Made by a program: the position numbers and the translations under genes. A DNA stretch of 64,000 nt from a virus. Positions 1 to 7,930 of the stretch are shown piece after piece. A model generated the notes under the pieces. That model made no database searches, had not been told where the DNA came from, and saw only the letters and a program-made list of their open reading frames with translations. The stretch lies in the IMG/VR virus record IMGVR_UViG_3300044846_003008, one strand, 5' to 3'. How positions within the stretch are numbered: position 1 is the stretch's first letter; every line of letters begins with the position of its first letter.

Positions 1-996
1 AACGGTTAATCCAATACCTGAACCACCTGTTGTTGCAACATTAGTTCCGTTAACATAACTTGAACCTGAAGCATTTATACTTGAAGTAAGGACGTTACCA
101 TTAACTGAATAATTGTAAAATGATGCACAATTTGAAAGTGAAGATGTTTCAGTTAATCCTGACACTGTTGTGTAAAAAGAGGAACCTGAATATACCCCAC
201 CACCTAAGTTGTCAAATAAAGCGTAATACCAAGAGTCGTTTGAAGGTGCTGAATAATCTATTGTGTCAGAGTTCATTGTATCCGCTTGGAAAACATTAGT
301 TCTTGCAGTGTACCCCAAAGAAGTGTTATCATCATAATAAACACCAGGAACTGCTCCATAATAATAAACAGAACTTTCTTCTTTAGAATTATCAAGGATA
401 ATATCGTAAACTTGTTGTTTTAATTTCGTGTCGATACTACTAATACTACCATCAAAATTTTCGTAAGGTAGATTCAATTTGTTTAAAAGTTCTTGAGGTA
501 AGTCAGTTGTTGTGAAACCAACACTATTAGGACTATTAGTACATCCTGTAAATGGTAATTCAAAATCAACTTCATAATATTGAACACATTCAGACACACA
601 ATTTGCGGTAATTGCACTTAAACAATAAAACTGAATTGTTGATGGGTTCACGTTTGCTTTGGTTGTAATTGACCAAGATGGACCCGCATCATAACCAGAA
701 AGTCCTAAGATTCTAGTTACGAACAATTGATTAGATTGTTGTAAATAAGATTTAGCGATGTATGATGCCTCATATTTAGGGATTTGTGTATTTACAAATT
801 TCTCAGGTGAAGTACCTCCGAAGAATGTTGAGAATTCGTCAAAATTACGGATAAAGATTGGTTCGAATGCGGGACCTTTTAACGTCTCCCCAACGATACC
901 CAATGTAGTTACCCCTACACTTTGTGCTACGAAACTCAAATCAACTTCTGAAGTATAAACTCCCGGTGAAACAAATACTTTACTGTTTGTTGCCAT
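1..996 (-). CDS. Tail sheath protein (T4 gp18-like), N-terminal part; runs off the window start
   Basis: Not in the ORF track. My translation from ATG at 996: MATNSKVFVSPGVYTSEVDLSFVAQSVGVTTLGIVGETLKGPAFEPIFIRNFDEFSTFFGG...SYLQQSNQLFVTRILG, the typical sheath N-terminus (SPGVY..E.D, G...KGP, F...FG, L.V.R). Confidence 0.9.
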   Translation of the reverse strand, partial: MATNSKVFVSPGVYTSEVDLSFVAQSVGVTTLGIVGETLKGPAFEPIFIRNFDEFSTFFGGTSPEKFVNTQIPKYEASYIAKSYLQQSNQLFVTRILGLSGYDAGPSWSITTKANVNPSTIQFYCLSAITANCVSECVQYYEVDFELPFTGCTNSPNSVGFTTTDLPQELLNKLNLPYENFDGSISSIDTKLKQQVYDIILDNSKEESSVYYYGAVPGVYYDDNTSLGYTARTNVFQADTMNSDTIDYSAPSNDSWYYALFDNLGGGVYSGSSFYTTVSGLTETSSLSNCASFYNYSVNGNVLTSSINASGSSYVNGTNVATTGGSGIGLTV

Positions 997-1090
997 TATT
1001 TTTTTGTTTTTCTTAAAAGATTTATTTTTATTTGATAAATATTCAGAAAAAAACCAAAATACTTTACTTTCTACGAGGTATTTATATTTT

Positions 1091-1110
1091 AGGTAGATTA
1101 TTTTCTACCT
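1091..1110. promoter_or_regulatory. Inverted repeat AGGTAGA-N6-TCTACCT, possible operator
   Basis: Perfect 7-bp arms between a TATTTAT motif (1079-1085) and the ATG at 1121. Confidence 0.45.
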
Positions 1111-1120
1111 TTTTTCTACT

Positions 1121-1285
1121 ATGGCAGAGGACAATAAGAAGATTAAAAATTTAAAGATATCAGAAGAAGTTCACGAAATTTTAAAAAATTACTGTGATAA
1201 AAGGGGTATTAAAATATACCGATTTTTAGAAAAGTTAATTGTTGAAAAGTGTAAAGAAAAGAAGGATATCTACGGTGAAGATTAA
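1121..1285 (+). CDS. Small ribbon-helix-helix-like DNA-binding protein (54 aa)
   Basis: Below the track cut-off. MAEDNKKIKNLKISEEVHEILKNYCDKRGIKIYRFLEKLIVEKCKEKKDIYGED has a beta strand (KNLKIS), helix, Gly turn and second helix, as in CopG/Arc-type RHH proteins. Confidence 0.65.
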   Translation: MAEDNKKIKNLKISEEVHEILKNYCDKRGIKIYRFLEKLIVEKCKEKKDIYGED

Positions 1286-2325
1286 AGTAACTGATTATTA
1301 AGGGTGATTGATGCTTCAAGAGCGTCGTCCTTTTTTATTGCGATAATTTTTAGAACATCGTTAGTGTTAATTTGTATTTCACTAATATCACCACCAACAT
1401 ATTGGTTATTTATAAACACATCGTAACCCTCAATATTATTAGTCTCACCAATGTTTAAATTAAGTGTGTAATCAAATAATTGTGTAATAGTATCATTACC
1501 AACAACAAATAATATTTCAGAAGTTAAACTACTTGGGTTTGAGTTTTGTTTTTTACCTTTTCGGTCTTTATCGGTTTGTAATTCATATACTTGTAAAACT
1601 CGACTGATTGCCGGTGAAACCTCAAACTCATCTTCATCAATTAAAAAACCTAACATAGTAAATTCGTATGTTTGGATATAGTATTTTCTTTTTTCTAATT
1701 CGTTAACCGATTCATCAGAAATATTACCTTGGACAATTGGAATGTAATGTCCTTTAATGTTTGTATAGGCTTGTTTTGATGCGAATTTACCCAATACGAT
1801 TTTATTGAACTCGTTTAATTCTCTCATCCGATTACAAACTATTTTAACTTGATATGTGATATCAACAGGGATGGGTTGTGGGATTTTGTAAATATCCATT
1901 CCGTTTCTTTGACCGTCAAATGTTGGAACTTGTGCGTAAAAATATTGTCGTCTATTTGGAATATTGTAAATGACCGCAGGATTAGTTCCAAATTTTACTT
2001 CAGGCATTCTAACCACGGTAATAAATGGGGGTTCGGCGTTTTTGTCAATATTTTGGAAATTCCAAGTCTCAATAAATTGTGACCAATTTTGGGTTGTTAT
2101 TAAAATATCAACCATTGGGATTTTTTTACCATCTACGATTGTTTGTAAATCGGTTTTAACAAAGTTTAAAAAACCACCATCCAAATCGGCGTGTAATAAC
2201 GACTTTGGTAAGTATGTTCCATCTTTATTGATTTTATCTAATAACTCATATCTTCTTGGTAATAGAGTCTTTGATTCCGTCAATGGAATATGTTTTTTAA
2301 TATTACTTTTTTTAGGTAATCCCAT
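1282..2325 (-). CDS. Tail terminator / sheath stabiliser (T4 gp15-like)
   Basis: PIPVDITYQVKI motif resembles gp15; lies next to the sheath and neck genes. Start moved to ATG 2325 (MGLPKK) because the longer track start overlaps a separate upstream ORF. Confidence 0.6.
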   Translation of the reverse strand: MGLPKKSNIKKHIPLTESKTLLPRRYELLDKINKDGTYLPKSLLHADLDGGFLNFVKTDLQTIVDGKKIPMVDILITTQNWSQFIETWNFQNIDKNAEPPFITVVRMPEVKFGTNPAVIYNIPNRRQYFYAQVPTFDGQRNGMDIYKIPQPIPVDITYQVKIVCNRMRELNEFNKIVLGKFASKQAYTNIKGHYIPIVQGNISDESVNELEKRKYYIQTYEFTMLGFLIDEDEFEVSPAISRVLQVYELQTDKDRKGKKQNSNPSSLTSEILFVVGNDTITQLFDYTLNLNIGETNNIEGYDVFINNQYVGGDISEIQINTNDVLKIIAIKKDDALEASITLNNQLL

Positions 2326-2329
2326 TATA

Positions 2330-2491
2330 TTATTTTTTAGGTGTGTTATCGTGACGACATTTATGACAAATGTACGGGTCACTACCTCCATCTTTTAAAG
2401 ACCAATTCCAATTACATTTATCACAGAAAACCTCATCTTCAATAATTCGTTCAATTAATTTAAATTGACGTTCAGTTATAACAATTTTCAT
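2330..2491 (-). CDS. Small zinc-ribbon protein (53 aa)
   Basis: MKIVITERQFKLIERIIEDEVFCDKCNWNWSLKDGGSDPYICHKCRHDNTPKK; two CxxC motifs; ATGA overlap with the upstream stop; ends 4 nt before the next ATG. Confidence 0.75.
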   Translation of the reverse strand: MKIVITERQFKLIERIIEDEVFCDKCNWNWSLKDGGSDPYICHKCRHDNTPKK

Positions 2492-3003
2492 AATCCTCTA
2501 AATTCGTTATCAGTAACAGGTGACGCACCAATACTTCTATAGTAAGGTCTTGTCCCCGCATAATTATGTTTATTGTCTGAAACAACCCTACCGTCATTAT
2601 TAACCGTATAGTATCTCACCCTTGTTTCTGTTTCATAATAACCAATATAATCACCATAAGTAATATCAATCCCCAATTCATCTAAGTGATGTTGATAAAC
2701 ACCTACTTTAAGATTACCTGGCTCAAATTGGTCAACTTTGGATGTTCCAATAGTTTTATTCTCAGGGGCCAATATTTGAACGTACCCTTTAAATTCAACA
2801 GGGGGTAAAAATTTAATACCATCAGCAACTGATTCACCATATACGTCATCCGTCTTAGTTTTAATTCTATCAACTCGATATAAAACTAATGTGAAATTCA
2901 TATCTCCGTGAAGCCATTCTTCACCCATATTTAAATCTAGGTTAAAATCTTCTCCTCCGAAAAATTTACCTAATCGTGTTATTGGAACATTATTATTAGA
3001 CAT
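2488..3003 (-). CDS. Head-closure / neck protein (T4 gp14-like)
   Basis: LYRVD...TDDVYGES..KF motif; neighbours are the gp15-like and sheath genes. Confidence 0.55.
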   Translation of the reverse strand: MSNNNVPITRLGKFFGGEDFNLDLNMGEEWLHGDMNFTLVLYRVDRIKTKTDDVYGESVADGIKFLPPVEFKGYVQILAPENKTIGTSKVDQFEPGNLKVGVYQHHLDELGIDITYGDYIGYYETETRVRYYTVNNDGRVVSDNKHNYAGTRPYYRSIGASPVTDNEFRGL

Positions 3004-3051
3004 ATTGATAAATATCGGATTATTTATTATTTTTTAAACAAACAAATAGTT

Positions 3052-4809
3052 TTGGAAAACAAAATCGTATCTATAGAACAACAGGCAATACAAATACTTG
3101 AGAATTACTCAGGGGGGAATAACTATATTCTGAAATTAAAATTACAGAAAGAAAACAATAAAAAGTTTTACCCGACAAGAGCCCAATCTGATTATATCAT
3201 TAATTACTCAGACTACCAACCTAAAGTTGCTAAGAAGTGGGTTGACTTGGACCCTTACTTCGCAAAAAAGATTGCGGACCAAAATCTTTACACTGAAATC
3301 CCTAAACAAGTTTGGGTTGAGAAATTATTGGTTGAGAAAGAAAAATCATACCATATTTGGGGGAAAATTAAAGAGGAAGAAACTATTCACGATTTTTGGA
3401 TGCCAAAAGGTGCGATGTTAAAAACCCATAAAGTTGAAAATGTTGTTATTGATTATACTAAGTATTCACACCGACCTCCATTGGAACACCAAAAGATAGC
3501 CATCGAATCATTAGCGGGGTCTAAACGTTTTATTTTGGCGGATGATATGGGTCTTGGGAAGACAACCGCAACAATTATCGCCGCGTTAGAGACAGGTGCT
3601 AAGAAAATATTAATTATTTGTCCCGCAACATTAAAAATTAACTGGCAACGTGAAATTGAAAACTATACTGATAGGTCTATTTTTATTTCTGAAAGTAAAA
3701 GTTTTTCAACTGAACACGATTTTGTTATTGTTAATTATGATATCTTAAAGAACTTTTACGACCTCAAAGATAAAGCAAATTCATTAATTACGAAATGTAA
3801 TTTTGATTTAATTATTATTGATGAGGCACACTATATACAAAATGCTCAAGCTCAAAGAACTAAACTAATTAATAGTTTTTCAACTAAGGTGGATAGATTA
3901 TGGTTGTTAACGGGAACTCCGATGACTTCAAGACCAATGAACTACTTCAACTTATTGAGTTTGATTGAAAGTCCTGTTGCTCAAAATTGGATGGCCTACG
4001 CGATTAGATATTGTCAAGGTTATCAGTTCACTGCCGGTAAAAGAAAGATATGGAACGTGTCAGGGGCATCTAATTTAGAGGAACTTAGAGATAGAACATC
4101 AAGACAAGTATTACGTAGGTTAAAAACTGATGTATTAGATTTACCCGATAAAATAATCACACCTGTTTATCTGAGATTGAAATCTAAAGACTATGAAACT
4201 GAGGTTGGTGAATACTACGATTGGTATGAAAATAAAAAAGACGAGTCTAAATCATTAACGGTTCAATTTAGTAAGTTAATGAAAGTAAGACAAATTATTG
4301 CGGAAGAAAAAATAAAACAAACAATAGAATTAGCTCAAAACATAATAGACCAAGATAAAAAGGTTATTATATTCACAAATTTTACAGATACATTAAGAAA
4401 AATTCACGAACATTTTGGAAAACAATCAGTTTATTTAGACGGGTCTTGTACCAAACCACAAAGACAATACGCAGTTGACCAATTTCAGGAAAATGAAAAA
4501 ATAAAGGTGTTTGTGGGAAATTTAAAAGCTGCAGGTGTCGGAATTACTCTCACCGCTGGTGAGGCTTGTATTATGAATGACTTATCATTTGTTCCATCGG
4601 ACCATTCACAAGCGGAAGATAGGGCTTACAGATATGGTCAAAAAAACACGGTTTCAGTTTATTACCCAATATTTGAAAATACAATTGAAGGTATTATTTA
4701 TGATATGTTAAATCATAAGAAAAATGTGTTTGAAACGGTGATGGGGGACAATTTAGATAAGGGTGACTTTGTTGAACAAATGATGAATCGAATCAACCAA
4801 AGGAGATAA
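3052..4809 (+). CDS. SNF2-family (SMARCAL1/HARP-like) helicase
   Basis: LADDMGLGKT, DEAH, LLTGTP, AAGVGITLT and QAEDRAYRYGQ motifs; TTG start. Confidence 0.93.
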   Translation: MENKIVSIEQQAIQILENYSGGNNYILKLKLQKENNKKFYPTRAQSDYIINYSDYQPKVAKKWVDLDPYFAKKIADQNLYTEIPKQVWVEKLLVEKEKSYHIWGKIKEEETIHDFWMPKGAMLKTHKVENVVIDYTKYSHRPPLEHQKIAIESLAGSKRFILADDMGLGKTTATIIAALETGAKKILIICPATLKINWQREIENYTDRSIFISESKSFSTEHDFVIVNYDILKNFYDLKDKANSLITKCNFDLIIIDEAHYIQNAQAQRTKLINSFSTKVDRLWLLTGTPMTSRPMNYFNLLSLIESPVAQNWMAYAIRYCQGYQFTAGKRKIWNVSGASNLEELRDRTSRQVLRRLKTDVLDLPDKIITPVYLRLKSKDYETEVGEYYDWYENKKDESKSLTVQFSKLMKVRQIIAEEKIKQTIELAQNIIDQDKKVIIFTNFTDTLRKIHEHFGKQSVYLDGSCTKPQRQYAVDQFQENEKIKVFVGNLKAAGVGITLTAGEACIMNDLSFVPSDHSQAEDRAYRYGQKNTVSVYYPIFENTIEGIIYDMLNHKKNVFETVMGDNLDKGDFVEQMMNRINQRR

Positions 4810-4850
4810 TTCAAAACTTCCGCTTATTTATAGGTAACAAAATAAGTAAA

Positions 4851-6389
4851 ATGAAAGTAATTGAAGAACGTATCAAAGTTATTACCGAAAAGTTAGAAAC
4901 TATTGATAAAGAAAAAAACAAAGAACTTTTCCTTACGGAAATGAAAAAGATAGGGATAGAAAAGTTACCCTACGCTTACTCAGCCTTGAAACAATTTATT
5001 GACGCAGAAACGATGTCATACCATTATAACAAACATTATAAAGGTTATGTTGAGAAATTAAACACTGCGTTAGAGAAAGGTAAGTATGGTGATTTAGAAT
5101 TAGAACAAATCATCAAGAGTATTAGTCGATACAATAAAACAATCCGAAACAATGCGGGTGGAGCATTTAATCACGCTTTGTTTTGGAAAATGTTAACACC
5201 AAAGACACAAAAACCAAGTGGTAAAGTTTTTAATAAAATTGTAAAACAATACGACTCGTTTAATGATTTTAAAATTAAATTTGATGAAGTTGCGAAACAA
5301 AGATTTGGGTCAGGTTGGGTTTGGTTAGTTTTAACAAAACAAAATCAACTTAAAATAGTTTCAACCCCCAATCAAGACAATCCATTAATGAATGTCGTAA
5401 AAAATGGTGGGTATCCATTATTGGGGTTAGATTTATGGGAACACGCTTATTACTTAAAGTATCGTAACAAAAGGGACGAATACATAAATAACTTTTGGAA
5501 ATGTGTTAATTGGGAATTCGTTGATAAATTATATTCAATGAAAGTTAAAACCAAAATTAACGAGAGTAGTGAAATTAAAACTTTAATTACCGAACAAAAG
5601 TCGGAAAGATGTAGTCGAGAATTAACCGAGAAGATTAGACAAATATTTAATTCAAATCCTGACGTTAAAAACACATACAAGATAGCCATTAATCGAATTC
5701 TTAAAGAAGCTTTTCCTGATAAATTTTATGGTAAAGATAAATACGCTCCGGGTGAAATGTCGGGGATTTATAATTTGGAAGGTGAGGGTAGGTCAGTAAT
5801 TAATAAATTGAATACTAACTATAGTACTTTTTGTTTATTAATTCAGGACGTTAATAAAGTATTGGTGAAACTAAATAAACCTGAAATTGATTTAATTGGT
5901 CGAAATAAATTTGACCAAGTGAGTGAGACTAAACGATTTATCAAAGTAATTGATTATTATAAGTTTAGAATTTTTTCACCTGAATCATCGACGTTCCAAA
6001 ACATTATGTCAGTTTTAAATCAAACGAATACTTGGGGTGAACAAAGAGAAGATTATGTTGTTGTTAAATTACAAAGTATTTTTGGTAAAGACAATGTAAG
6101 TAAAATCGGTAAACTTGGGAGTAAAGAAGATATGATTGGTGGAATTGATTGTGAGATAAAAGTTGACGGTCAAATAAAAACATCACAAATCAAACCTTTC
6201 ACGGGAATTAAAAAGGATAATGGGAACATCATCATTTTAGGTTCAGGTAATGTTAAAAATTATAAAACAGATTGGTTAATCTTCGCAAAAAATAATAAGG
6301 AGGTTTTAGTGTTCGATAATAAAGATACTCAAATCATTGGAGGTATGTTTGTTTTTCCTGAAAATAATTTAATTTATACTATAGATTGA
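4851..6389 (+). CDS. sod: Mn/Fe superoxide dismutase fused to a C-terminal nuclease-like domain
   Basis: LPYAYSAL, YHYNKHYKGY, NNAGGAFNHALFW, FGSGWVWL, NQD and DLWEHAYY; extra ~270 aa containing GID...QIK. Confidence 0.88.
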   Translation: MKVIEERIKVITEKLETIDKEKNKELFLTEMKKIGIEKLPYAYSALKQFIDAETMSYHYNKHYKGYVEKLNTALEKGKYGDLELEQIIKSISRYNKTIRNNAGGAFNHALFWKMLTPKTQKPSGKVFNKIVKQYDSFNDFKIKFDEVAKQRFGSGWVWLVLTKQNQLKIVSTPNQDNPLMNVVKNGGYPLLGLDLWEHAYYLKYRNKRDEYINNFWKCVNWEFVDKLYSMKVKTKINESSEIKTLITEQKSERCSRELTEKIRQIFNSNPDVKNTYKIAINRILKEAFPDKFYGKDKYAPGEMSGIYNLEGEGRSVINKLNTNYSTFCLLIQDVNKVLVKLNKPEIDLIGRNKFDQVSETKRFIKVIDYYKFRIFSPESSTFQNIMSVLNQTNTWGEQREDYVVVKLQSIFGKDNVSKIGKLGSKEDMIGGIDCEIKVDGQIKTSQIKPFTGIKKDNGNIIILGSGNVKNYKTDWLIFAKNNKEVLVFDNKDTQIIGGMFVFPENNLIYTID

Positions 6390-6412
6390 TATTTATATAG
6401 AAAACAAATACT

Positions 6413-7540
6413 ATGTCAATAATTCCGGAACCACATAGAAGTGAACTATATAAAAAGGTGAGACACCTATTGGGGGCTCCTTTACGTTCTGTTGAACTTG
6501 ATGATGAACAAATGGATACTTTGTTAGAATTTTCAATTGATGATTATTCTGAACAAGTGCAAAATTGGTTAATCGAGTCTCAATGGACTTCACTATATAA
6601 TCTAAATCTTGATACTCAATCTTTGAGTAGAGCTTTTATGACTAAGAGTTTAGATTATGAAACAAGATATTCTTACGCATACTCTAAGATTGTTGGTTTA
6701 CAAGCCGGTGGTGAATGGGAATTGAAAAGAGATTATGTTGAATTAAAAGCTAATCAACAAGTTTACGAAATACCTGCGAATCGAGAAATTAATGAAGTTC
6801 TTTGGTTTTCACCCGCAAATTTAAATAACGCGATGTTTGACCCTTGGTCATTTGGTGCTTTAGGTGCCGGTGGTGGTCTTGGTGGTGGGGGTGGTCTTGC
6901 TCAAATGGGTAATACAGGTGGTAGTTTCTTAATGATGCCGGCATTTGATATGTTACTGAGAATGCAAGAAATTAACATACAACGAAGAATCATTACAGGT
7001 GACTTAACTTATAAGATTACGGCATTACCTGAAGGTAAAAAAGCATTACACTTAATGCAAACACCTGGTGGTAAATTTGACTTTGGTAATACAACATTAA
7101 TGAGAGGTAAGGTATGGTATTGTTATTACGATGCGGGACCTGCTGACAGAGATAAGTGTTTAAAAGACAATCCTGATATCATTAAACTACCGTCCGACGT
7201 TCCATTTGATAAAATGTCTTGGACTGACTTAAATAATCCGGCACAAGTTTGGGTTAGACGTTGGTTTGTTGCGTCTTGTAAAGAGACATTATCAAAAGTT
7301 CGTGGAAAATATAGTGGTAATTTAAAAACACCTGATTCTGAATTAACTATGGATTATCAATCTCTATCAACTGAAGGTAAAGATGAGAAAACAAAATTGT
7401 TAGAAGAATTAATTGGTGCTGAAGGTAAATTAACAAGATTGAAACCTGAAAAGGTTTTAGAACGTGAGGCATTAATTGCTGAGAACTTAAATAAACAAAT
7501 GAAGTTTAGAGCGTTCCCAAGACAAATATATATAATTTAA
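6413..7540 (+). CDS. Neck / head-tail adaptor protein (T4 gp13-like)
   Basis: RHLLGAPLRSVELDDEQ N-terminal motif and WVRRW...KETLSKVRGKYSG C-terminal motif. Confidence 0.75.
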   Translation: MSIIPEPHRSELYKKVRHLLGAPLRSVELDDEQMDTLLEFSIDDYSEQVQNWLIESQWTSLYNLNLDTQSLSRAFMTKSLDYETRYSYAYSKIVGLQAGGEWELKRDYVELKANQQVYEIPANREINEVLWFSPANLNNAMFDPWSFGALGAGGGLGGGGGLAQMGNTGGSFLMMPAFDMLLRMQEINIQRRIITGDLTYKITALPEGKKALHLMQTPGGKFDFGNTTLMRGKVWYCYYDAGPADRDKCLKDNPDIIKLPSDVPFDKMSWTDLNNPAQVWVRRWFVASCKETLSKVRGKYSGNLKTPDSELTMDYQSLSTEGKDEKTKLLEELIGAEGKLTRLKPEKVLEREALIAENLNKQMKFRAFPRQIYII

Positions 7541-7541
7541 T

Positions 7542-7889
7542 ATGGTAGAACATCCGAGAAATACAGAAAAAAAAATAGTTGGTGAAAAAATTTACCTACG
7601 AGGGTTTAATGACCCTATTAGTAGAATTATTCGTGATTCAGTTTATAAAACCGATGGTGAATATTTCTTAGTTATTAAAGACATTGAAAATTGTAGGTTA
7701 GTTCTTGATTCAGCGACGACTAATCATATTAGAATTAAAGCGTTGACAAAAGTATTAATTTCCCCTTTAATTGGGAAAATTGACGAAGAATATGACGAAA
7801 TTTTTATTGATAAAGGGGCTTGTGTTGAGTTCTTACAAATAGAAGGTTCGTGGTATATTGTGTCGTCTGACGGATTGAAATTGAGTTAG
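7542..7889 (+). CDS. Hypothetical protein, probably structural
   Basis: 115-aa ORF starting 1 nt after the neck gene stop; beta-rich, ends WYIVSSDGLK. Confidence 0.6.
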   Translation: MVEHPRNTEKKIVGEKIYLRGFNDPISRIIRDSVYKTDGEYFLVIKDIENCRLVLDSATTNHIRIKALTKVLISPLIGKIDEEYDEIFIDKGACVEFLQIEGSWYIVSSDGLKLS

Positions 7890-7894
7890 TTAAG

Positions 7895-7926
7895 TTCACA
7901 GAGGGAAATCGACTTCCCTCTGTGAA
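7895..7926. terminator. Hairpin between convergent genes, probable bidirectional terminator
   Basis: TTCACAGAGGGAA-ATCGAC-TTCCCTCTGTGAA, perfect 13-bp stem. Confidence 0.75.
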
Positions 7927-7930
7927 AACT

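Noticed and set aside
855-880. GGTTCGAAT, resembling a tRNA T-loop
   Set aside because: It lies inside the tail sheath coding sequence with no cloverleaf around it; no tRNA was seen in the window.
2326-2391. Track start at 2391 for the gp15-like gene
   Set aside because: It overlaps the coupled zinc-ribbon ORF 2330-2491; the ATG at 2325 fits operon spacing.
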